64,000 nt of DNA, from NCBI RefSeq assembly GCF_009914755.1, contig NC_060945.1; one strand, given 5' to 3'. This DNA comes from the human T2T-CHM13v2.0 reference genome, Homo sapiens. Below are positions 42,601 to 56,184 of this stretch, piece by piece (the stretch's first letter is position 1; each line of letters opens with the position of its first letter). The notes under the pieces are model-generated. The model made no database searches. It was not told where the DNA came from and saw only the letters and a program-made list of their open reading frames with translations. The position numbers were made by a program, and so were the translations under genes.

Positions 42601-43927
42601 AAACAACAACAACAACAACAACAAAGAGGGTCATTACATAACGGCAAATAATTCAATTCAACAAGAATTAACTATTCTAAATATATATGCACCCAACACA
42701 AGAGTACCCAGATTCATATAACAAGTTTCTAGATATCTTGAAAGAGACTTAGAACACCACACAATAATAGTGACCGACTTTAACATCCCACTGACAGTAT
42801 TAGAAAGATTATTGAGACAGAAAATTAACAAAGATGTTCAGGACCTGAACTTAGCTCTGGATCAAATGGACATGATATATATTTACAGAACTCTCCACAT
42901 GAAAACAGCAGAATATACATTCTTCTCATCACTACATGACACTTTCTCTGAAATTGGTCACTTAGCCAGAAGTAAAACACTCTTCAGCAAATGCAAAAGA
43001 ACTGAAATCATAATAAACAGTGGCTCAGATCACAGCACAATCAAATTAAAACTCACGATGAAATAATTTACTGAAAACCATAAAATTAAATGGAAATTGA
43101 ATCACCTGCTCCTGAATAACTTTTGGGTAAATAATGAAATTAAGGCAGATATCAAGGAGTTCTTTGAAACCAATGAGAACAAAGACAAAACATACCAGAA
43201 TCTCTGGGACACAGCTAAGGCAGTATTAAGATGAAAATTTATGGCATTAAATGCCCACATTAAAATGCCAGAAATGTCTCAAGTTACAACTTCACAACAA
43301 AAATAACTACAGGAACAAGAGCAAAGAAGTTCTAGAGCTAGCAGAAGACAAGAAATAACCAAAATCAGACCTGAACTGATGGAGATAGGGACAAGAGAAA
43401 CCATTCAACAGATCAACAAATTCAGGAGCTGTTTCTTTTTCTTTGAAAAAACCAATAATATAAATACACCAGTAGTAGACTAATAAGGAAGAAAATATCA
43501 AAAATTAAAATGAACACAATCAGAAATAATAAGGGTTACCACTGACCCCACAGAAATAAAAATAACCATCAGAAAATATCATAAACACCTCTATGCCTAT
43601 AAGATAACAAATTCAGTAGAAATGGATAAATTTCTGGACACATACACCCTTCAAGAATAAACCAGGAAGAAATTGAATCCCTGAAAAGACAAACAACAGG
43701 CTCTGAAATTCAGGCAGTAATAAATAGCCTACAAACCACAAAAAGATCAGAAACACAAAGATTAAAAGCTGAAGGTTATGACATTTATGAAGAAGAACTG
43801 GTACAATTCCCACTAAAATTATTTCAAAAAACTGAAACAGAGGGCTTCCTTCCCGACTCTTTCTATGAGAGCACATCATCCTGGTACCAAAACCTGGCAG
43901 ACACACAAGAAAAAAAACAAAACTTCA

Positions 43928-44800
43928 AAAAATTTGCAAGAAGAAAACAACCCCATCAAAAAGTGGGCGAAGGACATGAACAGACGCTTCTCAAAAGAAG
44001 ACATTTATGCACCCAAAAAACACATGAAAAAATGCTCACCATCACTGGCCATCAGAGAAATGCAAATCAAAACCACAATGAGATACCATCTCACACCAGT
44101 TAGAATGGCAATCATTAAAAAGTCAGGAAACAACAGGTGCTGGAGGAGATGTGGAGAAATAGGAACACTTTTACACTGTTGGTGGGACTGTAAACTAGTT
44201 CAACCATTGTGGAAGTCAGTGTGGCAATTCGTCAGGGATCTAGAACTAGAAATACCATTTGACCCAGCCATCCCATTTCTGGGTATATACACAAAGGACT
44301 ATAAATCATGCTGCTTTAAAGACACAGGCACACGTTTGTTTATTGCGGCACTATTCACAATAGCAAAGACTTGGAACCAACCCAAATGTCCAACAATGAT
44401 AGACTGGATTAAGAAAATGTGGCACATATACACCGTGGAATACTATGCAGCCATAAAAAATGATGAGTTCATGTCCTTTGTAGGGACACGGATTAAATTG
44501 GAAATCATCATTCTCAGTAAACTATCACAAGAACAAAAAAACCAAACACCGCATGTTCTCACTCATAGGTGGGAATTGAACAATGAGATCACATGGACAC
44601 AGGAAGGGGAACATCACACTCTGGGGACTGTTGTGATGAGGGGGGAGGGGAGAAGGATAGCATTGGGAGATATACCTAATGCTAAATGTCGAGTTAATGG
44701 GTGCAGCACACAAGCATGGTGCATGCGTACATATGTAACTAACCTGCACATTGTGCACATGTACCCTAAAACTTAAAGTATAATAATAATAAAATAAAAA
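43928..44800 (+). mobile_element. 5'-truncated young L1PA nested in the older L1
   Basis: Near-consensus ORF2 C-terminus ([20 protein letters not shown]), 3'UTR and poly-A; TSD ending AAAACTTCA at 43919-43927 and 44811-44819. Confidence 0.93.
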
Positions 44801-46087
44801 AAGAAAAAAAAAAACTTCATGCCAATATTTTTGATGAACATTTATGCAAACATTCTTAACAAAATAGGGGCAAACCAAATCCAGCAGCGCATCAGAAAGC
44901 TTATCCACCACAATCAAGTAGGCTCCATCTGTGGGATGCAACTTTAATTCAACGTACACAAATCAATATGTGATTTATCACATAAACAGAACTAAAGACA
45001 AAAGCCACATGATTGTCTGAATAGATGCAGATAAATCTTTGCATCCATAAAATTCAACATCCATTCTTGTAAAAACTCTCAATAAACTAGGTATTGAAAA
45101 AAACATACTTCAATATAATAAGAACCATGTATGACAAACCCACAGCCAATATCATACTGAAAGGGCAAAAGCTGAAAGCATTCCCTTTTAAAACGGGCAC
45201 AAGACAAGGATGCCCTCTCTCATGAATCCTATTTCAGATAGTATTGGAAGTACTGGGCAGAGCAATCAGGTAAGAGAAAAAGGCATTCAAATTGAAAGAA
45301 AAGAAATTAAACAACACCTGATGTCAGACGACATGATTCTATATCTTGAAAACCCCTATTGTCTCAACCCCAAAGCTTCTTAAGCTGATAAATATCTTTA
45401 ACAAAGTCCCAAGATACAAAATAAATGGGCAAAAATCACTAGCACTAAATCCTTATATACCAACAACAGTCAAGCCAAGAGCAAAATCGTGAATGAACAC
45501 TCATTCACAGTTACCACAAAAAGAATAAAATACCAAGGAATGTATCTAACAAGAGAAGTGAAAGGCCACTACAAGGAGAACTATAAACCACTTCTCAAAG
45601 AAATCAGACATGACATAAACAAATAGAAAAACATTTCATGCTTATGGATAGAAAGAGTTAATATTGTTAAAGTAGACACACTCCACAAAGAAATTTATAG
45701 AGTTAATAGTATTTCCGTTAAACTACCAATGACATTTTTCACAAAACTAGAAAAGCTATTTTAAAATTTATATGGAACCAACAAAGGCCTGAATAGTCAA
45801 GACAACCCCAAACAAAAAGAACTAAGCTGGAGGCATCACACTACCCAACTTCAAACTGTGCTACAGGGCTACAGAAACCAAAACAGCATGGTACTGGTAC
45901 AAGAACAGACACACAGACCAATGAAACAGAATAGAGGACCCAGAAATAAGACTGCACACCTACAACTAACTGATCTTCGACAAACCTGACAAAAACAAGC
46001 AATGAAAAAACGACTCTGTACTCAATAAATGGTGCTGGGATAACTGCCTAGCCATGTGCAAAAAATTGAAACTGAACCCCTTCCTCC

Positions 46088-46396
46088 ATCATCCTCTGCA
46101 ACTAACACAGGAACAGAAAACTAACCACCGCATATTCTCACTCATAAGTGGGAGTTGAACAATAAGAACACATGGACACTGGAAGGGAAACAACACAACT
46201 GGGGCTAGTCAGGGAATGGGAGTCGAAGGGAGGGAGAGCATTAGGATAACTAGCTAATACATGTGGGAATTGAAGCCTGGATAACGGGCTGATAGGTGCA
46301 GTAAACCACCATGGCACACATATACCAATGTAACAAACCTACACATTCTGCACTTGTACTTCAGAACCCAATTTAAATTTAAAAAATAAAGAAAGA
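46088..46396 (+). mobile_element. Short L1PA (approx. PA8-10) 3'UTR insertion nested in the older L1
   Basis: CTAACACAGGAACAGAAAACTAACCACCGCATATTCTCACTCATAAGTGGGAG...A-tail interrupts host ORF2 at CCCCTTCCT/TTCCTTACATC. Confidence 0.85.
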
Positions 46397-47719
46397 TTCC
46401 TTACATCATATACAACAATAAACTCAACATGGTTTAAATGTAAAACCCAAGACTATAAAAACTTTGGAAGACAACCTAGGCAATACCATTCAGGACATAG
46501 GCATGGGCAAATATTTTATGATGAAGGCGCAAAAGCAATTAGAACAAAGAGAACATTGACAAATGGGATCTAATTAAACTAAAGAGCTTTTGCACAGCAA
46601 AAGAAACTATCAACAGAGTAAACAGACAATGTATAGAATGGGAGAAAATTTTTGCAAACTGTGCATCTGACAATAATCTAATTTCTAGCATCCATAAGGA
46701 ACATAAATTTACACGAGAAAAACAAACAACCTTATTAAAAATTGGCCAAAGGACACACAGAAACACTTCTTGAAAGAAGACATACATGCAGCCAATAAGC
46801 GTATGAAACAGAAGTTCAACATCAGTGACCGTTAGAGAAATGTAAATCCAAACCACAATGAGATATCATTTTATACCAGGTATAATGGTTACCATGAAAA
46901 AATCAAAAAATCACAGATGCTGACAAAGTTGTGGAGAAAAAGCAACATTTTTACCCTGTTGGTCGAGTTCAAACGTTGTGGAAGACAGTGTGGTGATTCT
47001 TCAAAGACCTAAAGAAAAGAATACCATTTGACCTAGCAATCTCATTACTGGGTATATACCCAAACAAATATAAGTCATTCTATTATAAAGATACCTGCAC
47101 GCACAAGTTCATCACAGCCCTATTCACAATAGCAAAGACATCAAATCAGCCTACATGTTCATCAATAATAGACTGGTTGAAGAAAACGTAGTTCATATAC
47201 AACATGGAGTACTATGCAGCCATAAAAAAGCACAAGATTATGTCCTTTGTAGGGACATGGATGGAGCTGGAGGCCATTATCCTTAAAAAACTAACAGAAA
47301 CAGAAAACCAAATACCACATTTTCTCACTTATAAGTGGAGGGTAGATGATGAGAACACACAGAAACATGGAGGGGAGCAACACGCACCAGGGCCTATCAG
47401 GAGGTAGGGGGTGAGAGGAGGGAGAGAATCAGAAAAAATAACTAATAGTTAGTAGACTTAATACCTGGGTGATAAAACAATCTGCACAACCAAACTTCGG
47501 GACGGTATGTTTCCATATTTAAAGAACCTGCACATCCTGCCCATATACCCCTGAACTTAAAACAAAGTTCAAAAAAGAAAAACATTTTAGCAAAATGACA
47601 GACTATTTTTGACTACCTTCGTGTACAGTTCAGAGTCAGACTGCCCAGCTCTAACATCCTTATTTATGAGAAAGAAAGCATTCTCTCTCTTATCTGCACT
47701 ATTATATTGGGTTTTCTTT

Positions 47720-48014
<295 letters not shown>

Positions 48015-49429
48015 GGGTTTTCTTCTATATGTAGGAAAATGTAATCCTAACTAAAGTGCTAGCTTTGCCATGGAATCTCTGTGTAATTCTGGATGTTATG
48101 TCACTTTCCTAAGACTTTTTTCTATCTGCGTAGTGGTGGAGGCAGTAGTGGGGAAGATTTAATTATACAAAGGGTCCATCAATCCATGTGTTAAGTGAGG
48201 ATGTCACTACTTTCCAGACTCAGAGGACAGGGGACATATTGTTATGCTCCATGGGAAGCTGTTGGGGGGTGGAGGTGGGGCTCACTTGCACACATTGTCT
48301 GTGGGCCTTGAAAGATCAAGTGTGTATGACCCTTCTTGAACAGAAGGTCCATGTGCCCAGTGCAGAACCCATCTATTTCTTCCCAAGTGAGGAAGATCTG
48401 GGAACACCCTGATCACAGCCTTGCTACACCAATCCTAGTTGGTAGGGACGTTAGACCATATGCATGTTGAGCTGTGGCTTAAGCATTTTGACATCTCACA
48501 TCTCATTGGATATCTGAAAAACTGAGGTCTGGAGAGAAGCAGGGACTGGCCCAGAGATGATGAAGTGGGCAGAGTCCAAGGGAAAAAAGAGCATTCTGAC
48601 CTCCTAGGCCAGGGCTCAACACTCTCATGGGGTTTGTTTTGGGAATGAGTCCCTGAGATCCTGGGGATTTTTGCCAATTTTCTCGTCATATGAAGCAAAC
48701 TCATGTCTGCATCATTAGACTTCCACAGGTTTGTGCATACACACACAGACTTCTCAGGCTAAAGGTCATAAGAGGAGTTAACGCTGATGGAGTGATGAGA
48801 AGAAAAAAGATAGAGGATAGGGGCAGCTTTGTCATGGGGTAGAAGCACCCCATCTTCTGGTAACATGCCCAGGACCCATAACATGGGCAGGGGAAGGCAA
48901 TAGGCTGATGGCTTGAGAGGCTCAAGGCTTCCATGGATCTGACTGGGCTGCAGCCAACACCAGGATAGCTTTCCAAGGACAAAACCTTACTTTCTCCATT
49001 CATTAATCTGCATAATTAAAATGGTAAGGAATCCCCCTACACCCAATATGGAGAGGAATACAGTAGTGAAAACCTTCAATTTTTCCCTGTAAAAATTGAC
49101 ATAATTGAACTGTGTGACCCTTAAATTTGAAAGGCTTAAAGAAGTGAGTTGACCTTGCTGTCTATCAATTACCACTGTACTCTCAGAACTTTGGAAATTG
49201 CTCTGTGTCCTCCGAAGGTCTTTCAGAGCAGAAAGTGGCCTAGGGGTGTGCGGGACTGAGCACTCAGGCTGGTGTAGAATGTGACAGATCCTCAGACCAC
49301 TGCTCTGGGATCCAAGGAGAAGACCTTCTCGGTCAGAGCTTTGGGGATCTTTTTTTTGGAGGGGGCGATCTTTTTTGAAAGTGGAGACAGAATCGTTTTC
49401 CAGGGCTCCCTCATTTGCCCTCCTGTTTC

Positions 49430-49448
49430 ATAGTATTTCTTTTTTCTG

Positions 49449-49497
<49 letters not shown>

Positions 49498-49812
49498 TTT
49501 CTTTCTTTCTTCTTTCTTTTTCTTTCTTTCTTCTTTCTTTCTTTCCTTCTTTTTCTTTCTCTTTCTTTCTTTCTCCTTCCTTTCTTTTCTTTCTTCCTTT
49601 CTTTCTTCTTTCTCTTTCTTTTGTTCTTCCTTCATTCCTTCCTTCCGTTTCTTTCTTTCTTCTTTCTTTCTTTCCTCTTCCTTCATTCCTTCCTTCCTTT
49701 TCTTTCTTTCTTTCTTTCTTTCTTTCTCTTTCTTTCTCCTTCCTTCCTCCCTCCCTTTCTTTTCTTTCTTTCCTTATTTTCTTTTTTCTTTCTTCTTTCT
49801 TTCTTTCTTTCT

Positions 49813-49844
<32 letters not shown>

Positions 49845-49850
49845 TATCAG
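49430..49850. repeat. Complex (CTTT)n/(CCTT)n polypyrimidine tract
   Basis: About 420 bp of almost pure C/T forming the expanded tail of the adjacent minus-strand Alu. Confidence 0.97.
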
Positions 49851-50165
49851 AGTCTCTCTCTTCTCGCTCTTTCACGGGACTGGAGTGGAGTGGCATGATC
49901 TCGGCTCACTGCAACCTCCACCTCCCGGGTTCAAGTGATTCACTGCAACCTCCACCTCCCAGGTTCAAGTGATTCTCCTGCCTCAGCCTCCTGAGTAGCT
50001 GGGACTATAAGGGCGTGCCACCAAGCCTGGCTAATTTTTGTATTATTAGTAGAGACGGGGTTTCGCCATGTTGTCCAGGATGGTCTCGATCTCTTCACCT
50101 CGTGATCTGCTTGCATCAGCCTCTGAAAAAAACTGAGATTATAGGTGTGAGCCACCACACAAAGC
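49851..50165 (-). mobile_element. Alu with a 34-bp internal tandem duplication
   Basis: CACTGCAACCTCCACCTCCC(G/A)GGTTCAAGTGATT at 49907-49940 and 49941-49974. Confidence 0.92.
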
Positions 50166-50169
50166 CTAC

Positions 50170-50927
<758 letters not shown>

Positions 50928-51218
50928 GGCCAGGGACGATGGCTCACACCTATAAACTCAGTATTTTGGGAGGCTGAGGCTGGTGGATCACCTGAGGTCA
51001 GGAGTTCTAGACCAGCCTGGCTGACATGGTGAAACACTGTGTCTACTAAAAATACAAAAATTAGCCGGGCGTGGTTCCTGAAAGCCCAATTGCTCAGGAG
51101 GCTGAGGCCAGGGAATCTCTTGAACCCAGGAGGTGGAGGTTACAGTGAGCTGAGATCGTGCCACTGCACTCCAGCATGGGTGACAGAGCAAGACTGTCTC
51201 AAAAAAAAAGAAAGAAAA
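50928..51218 (+). mobile_element. Alu (AluSx-like)
   Basis: GGCCAGGGACGATGGCTCAC...GGATCACCTGAGGTCAGGAGTT...A tail. Confidence 0.93.
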
Positions 51219-51456
51219 TGAGAGGAAATATGTGCAAACTACACAGCTGACAAGCGATTGATAAGCAGAATACAGAATAAACAAAAAACTAAATAAAAAA
51301 TTAGTTTAACTTTAAAATGGGCAATAATCTTCAGAAACATTTCTGGAAAATATAAGGGGCATAAACATAGAACCTAAAAGTTAGAGAAGAATTATGAAAA
51401 AACTGAAGGATATAGAAAAAATAATTTCAGACTATTCACATTAAAATTTAATTAGA

Positions 51457-54400
51457 GAGGGGGTGGAGCCAAGATGGGCGAATAGGAAAAGCCTTAGTCT
51501 AGAACTCCCAGCATCGGCAATGCAGAACACAGGTCATTTCTGCATTTCCAACTGAGGTACCGGGCTCATCTCACTGGGGAGTGTCAGAAAGTGGGTGCAG
51601 GACAGTGGGTGCAGCGCACCCCATGTGAGCCAAAGCATGGTGAGGCATCGCCTCACCCAGGAAGTGCAAGGGGTCAGGGAATACCCTTTCCTAGTCAAAG
51701 AAAGGGGTGACAGATTGCACCTGGAAAATCGGGTGACTCCCACCCTAACACTGTACTGTTCCAAAGGTCTTAGCAAACGGCATACCAGGAGATTATATCC
51801 TGCACCTGGCTCAGAGGGTCCTACGCCCACAGAGCCACAATCATTGCTAGCACAGCAGTCTGAGATCAAACTGCAAGGCAACAACAAGCCTGGGGGAGGG
51901 GCGCCCACCATTGCCGTGGCTTGAGTAGGTAAACAAAGCAGCCAGGAAGCTCCAACTGGGTGGAGCCAACTGCATCTCAAGGAGGCCTGCCTGACTCTGT
52001 AGACTCCACCTCTGGGGGCAGGGAATAGCCAAACAAATGGCAGCAGAATCCTCTGCAGACTTAAATGTCCCTGTCTGACAGCTTTGAAGAGAGTAGTGGT
52101 TATCCCAGCATGCAGCTGGAGATCTGAGAACAGACAGACTGCCTCCTCAAGTGGGTCCCTGACCCCCGAGTAGCCTATCTGGGAAGCATCCCCAGTAGGG
52201 GCAGACTGACACCTCACACGGCCGGGTACTCCTCTGAGACAAAATTTCCAGAGGAACAATCAGGCAGCAATATTTGCTTTTCACCAATATCCGCTGTTCT
52301 GCAGCCTCCACTGCTGATACCCAGGCAAACAGGGTCTGGAGTGGACCTCCAGCAAACTCCAACAGACCTGCAGCTGAGGGTTCTGACTGTTAGAAGGAAA
52401 ACTAACAAACAGAAAGTACATCCACAACAAAATCCCATCTGTACATCACAATCATCAAAGACCAAAGGAGAGAAAACTACAAAGATGGGGAAAAAACAGA
52501 GCAGAAAAACGGAAAATTCTAAAAATCAGAGTATCTCTCCACCTCCAAAGGAACACAGCTCCTCACCAGCAATGGAACAAAGCTGGACAGAGAATGACTT
52601 TGACGAGTTGAGAGAAGAAGGCTTCAGACGATCAAACTACTCCGAGCTAAAGGAGGAAGTTCAAACCCATGGCAAAGAAGTGAAAAACCTTTAAAAAAAT
52701 TAGATGAATAGCTAACTAGAATAACCAATGCAGAGAAGTTCGTAAAGGACCTGATGGAGCTGAAAACCAATGTACGAGAAGTACGTGATGAATGCACAAG
52801 CCTCAGTAGCCAATTCGATGAACTGGAAGAAAGGGTGTCAGTGATGGAAGATCAAATGAATGAAATGAAGTGAGAAAAGAAGTTTAGAGAGAAAAAGATA
52901 AAAAGAAATGAACAAAACCTCCAAGAAATATGGGACTGTGTGAAAAGACCAAATCTACATCTGATTGGTGTACCTGAAAGTTATGAGGAGAATGGAAGCA
53001 AGTTGGAAAACACTCTGAAGGATATTATCCATGAGAACTTCCCCAATCTAGCAAGGGAGGGTGACATTCAAATTCAGGAAATACAGAGAACACCAAAAAG
53101 ATAATCCTCAAGAAGAGCAACTCCAAGACACATAATTGTCAGATTCACCAAAGTTGAAATGAAGGAAAAAATGTTAAGGGCAGCCAGAGAGAAAGGTCGG
53201 GTTACCCACAAAGGGAAGCCCATCAGACTAACAGCTGATCTCTCGGCAGAAACTCTACAAGCCAGAAGAGTGGGGGACAATATTCAACATTCTTAAAGAA
53301 AAGAATTTTCAATCCAGAATTTCATATTCATTCAAACTAAGCTTCATAAGTGAAGGAGAAATAAAATCCTTTACATACAAGCAAACGATGAGAGATTTTG
53401 TCACCACCAGGCCTGCCCTAAAAGAGCTCCTGAAGGAAGCACTAAACATGGAAAGGAACAACCGGTACCAGCCACTGCAAAAACATGCCAAGTTGTAAAG
53501 ACCATCGAGGCTAGGAAGAAACTGCATCAACTAATGAGCAAAATAACCAGCTAACATCATAATGACAGGATCAAATGCACACAAAACAATATTAACCTTA
53601 AAAGTAAATGGACTAAATTCTCCCATTAAAAGACACAGACTGGCAAATTGGATAAAGAGTCAAGACCCATCAGTGTTCTGTATTCAGGAAACGCATCTCA
53701 CGTGCAGAGACACACATAGGCTCAAAATAAAGGGATGGAGGAAGATCTACCAAGCAAATGGAAAACAGAAAAAGGCAGGGGTTACAATCCTAGTGTCTGA
53801 TAAAACAGACTTTAAAACAATAAAGATCAAAAGAGACAAAGAAGTCCATTACGTAATGATAAAGGGATCAATGCAATAAGAAGAGCTAATTATCCTGAAT
53901 ATATATGCACCCAATATAGGAGCACACAGATTCATAAAGCAAGTCCTTAGAGACCTAGAAAGAGACTTAGACTCCCACACAATAGTAATGGGAGATTTTA
54001 ACACCCACTGTCAACATTAGACATATCAATGAGACAGATAGTTAACAAGGATATCCAGGAATTGAACTCAGCTCTGCACCAAGCAGACCTAATAGACATC
54101 TACAGAACTCTCCACCCCAAATCAACAGAATATACATTCTTCTCAGCACCGCACCGCACTTATTCCAAAATTGACCACATAGTTGGAAGTAAAGCACTCC
54201 TCAGCAAATTGTAAAAGAACAGAAATTATAAAAACCTCTCTCTCAGACCACACTGCAATAAAACTAGAACTCAGGATTAAGAAACTCACTCAAAACCGCT
54301 CAACTACATGGAAACCAAACAACCTGCTCCCGAATGACTACTGGGTACATAACGAAACGAAGGCAGAAATAAAGATGTTCTTTGAAAGCAACGAGAACAA

Positions 54401-54748
54401 AGACACAACATACCAGAATCTATGGGACACATTCAAAGCAGCGTGTAGAGGGAAATTTATAGCACTAAAGGCCCACAAGAGAAAGCAGAGAAGATCTAAA
54501 ATTGACACCCTAACATCACAATTAAAAGAACTAGAGAAGCAAGAGCAAACACATTCAAAAGCTAGCAGAAGGCAAGAAATAACTAAGATCAGAGCAGAAT
54601 TGAAAGAAATAGACACATAAAAAACCCTTCAAAAAATCAGTGAATTCAGGAGCTGGTTTTTGAAACGATCAACAAAATTGATAGACTGCTAGCAAGACTA
54701 GTAAAGAAGAAAAGAGAGAAGAATCAAATAGACGCAATAAAAACTGAT
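51457..54748 (+). mobile_element. L1PA (approx. PA3-5), 5' half: 5'UTR promoter, ORF1, ORF2 endonuclease
   Basis: GGGGGTGGAGCCAAGATGG start; ORF1 MGKKQSRKTENSKNQS (with stops); ORF2 MTGSNAHKTILTLKVNGLNSPIKRHRL at 53562; ends abruptly at ...GCAATAAAAACTGAT. Confidence 0.97.
51534..51911 (-). CDS. L1 antisense ORF0-like reading frame (125 aa, C-terminally extended)
   Basis: MVGAPPPGLLLPCSLISDCCASNDCGSVGVGPSEPGAGYNLLV...RVGVTRFSRC matches primate L1 ORF0 and is open to 51534. Expression unknown. Confidence 0.55.
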   Translation of the reverse strand: MVGAPPPGLLLPCSLISDCCASNDCGSVGVGPSEPGAGYNLLVCRLLRPLEQYSVRVGVTRFSRCNLSPLSLTRKGYSLTPCTSWVRRCLTMLWLTWGALHPLSCTHFLTLPSEMSPVPQLEMQK

Positions 54749-55471
54749 CATTTATGTGGCTCAAGTTCTCTAATATAACATAGTACGGTCAAAATGGAAG
54801 GGTAAAAATTGCAAGACCACCTTAACGTTTGTCATCTTAAGTGTACTATAAAAATGCCTTTTAAATTAATTCAGTGAATAGGTTTTTAAGTGCATGTTTT
54901 AGATTATGCTGAACTGTCAAATACCAGCACATCCCTAATTTGCAGTAGATTAACAACACTTTTTAGCACACATCACAGAGTTGTTCGGTGGCCAAATTGA
55001 AAAGGCACCTCCTCTCCATGTGGTCATTCAGAAACTCAAAGTTCTTTCATTATTTGTCTTCATCATCCATGAGTCGTGGTTGCCGTTTGTGTTCAGTCCC
55101 CTGAAAATAAAGTACTTTAAGAAATGCATGCGAGAAGACTTGATGGACTCATCTTAATGTGACTCACATCCATCTCACTCTACAACCATTAACAATAACT
55201 GGTCACGTTTCCACATCTAATGCAAATGAGGCTAAGAAATGTAATTCTGCTGTGTCCCTAATAAATGGGAGAATAGAATTTGTTGAATGACCAGAGTTTT
55301 CCGTAACATTGTGTCACTCATATGGATTTACTGTGTTTCTCAAATATTTATTAAACATCTGTCATAGCCAAGCACTGTGATAAGGAGTACAGGGAGGACA
55401 GAGAGCTGACTCAGCAGAGTCCTAGTCTGAAAGAAACTCACAATCTAAGAAAATAAGAAAAGTCATGTTAG

Positions 55472-55950
55472 GTGCTGCTATAAAGGCACATGCACACGTA
55501 TGTTTATTGTGGCACTACTCACAATGCAAATACTTGGAACCAACCGAAATGTCCAACAATGATAGACTGGATCAAGCAAATGTGGCCCATATACACCATG
55601 GAATACTATGCAGCCATAAAAAATGATGAGTTCATGTCCTTTGTGTGTACATGAATGAAGCTGGAAAAGATAATTCTCAGCAAACTATCACAAGGACAAA
55701 AAAAAACAAACACCACATGTTCTCGCTTATAGGTGGGAATTGAACAATGAGAACACTTGGACACAGGAAGGGTAACATTACCCACTGGGGAATGTTGTTG
55801 GGGGGGGAGGGGGGAGGGATAGCATTTGGAGATATACCTAATGTAAATGACGAGTTAATGGGTGCAGCTCACCAACATGGCACATGTATACATAAGTAAC
55901 AAACCTGCACGTTGTGCACATGTACCCTAGAACTTAAAGTATAATAAATA
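55472..55950 (+). mobile_element. L1PA 3' end fragment
   Basis: TGCTGCTATAAAGGCACATGCACACGTATGTTTATTG...CACATGTACCCTAGAACTTAAAGTATAATAA. Confidence 0.93.
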
Positions 55951-55982
55951 TATGTATAACATACGTATATATTATATACATG

Positions 55983-56184
55983 TTCAAGGGATTCTCCTGC
56001 CTCAGCCTCCCAAGTAGCTGGGATTACAAGCGCTGCCATTACTCCCAGCTATTTTTTGTATTTTTAGTAGAGAAGGAGTTTTGCCATGTTGGCCAGGACG
56101 GTCTGGATCTCCTGACCTCATGATCCACACCCCTTGGCCTCCCAGAGTGCTGGGATTACAGGTGTGAGCCACAGCCCCCGGCCT
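55983..56184 (-). mobile_element. Alu lacking its 3' part
   Basis: TTCAAGGGATTCTCCTGCCTCAGCCTCCC...GGTGTGAGCCACAGCCCCCGGCC. Confidence 0.9.

Larger units (their letters stand above)
39642..47580 (+). mobile_element. Full-length older L1PA (approx. PA11-13), defective, with two nested L1 insertions
   Basis: 5' GCCAAGAGGGCTGACTAGAAG, long repetitive 5'UTR, ORF1/ORF2 remnants and 3'UTR; degenerate TSD AAATATTGTAGCAAAGTG (39624-39641) / AAACATTTTAGCAAAATG (47580-47597). Confidence 0.9.

Noticed and set aside
43865-44776. Longest ORF in the window (303 aa)
   Set aside because: It is an accidental fusion of host-L1 sequence with the nested L1 ORF2 C-terminus, frameshifted into the 3'UTR; not a gene.
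49375-49972. Phe/Leu/Ser-rich membrane-like ORFs and a Lys/Glu-rich antisense ORF
   Set aside because: Translation of the (CTTT)n microsatellite.
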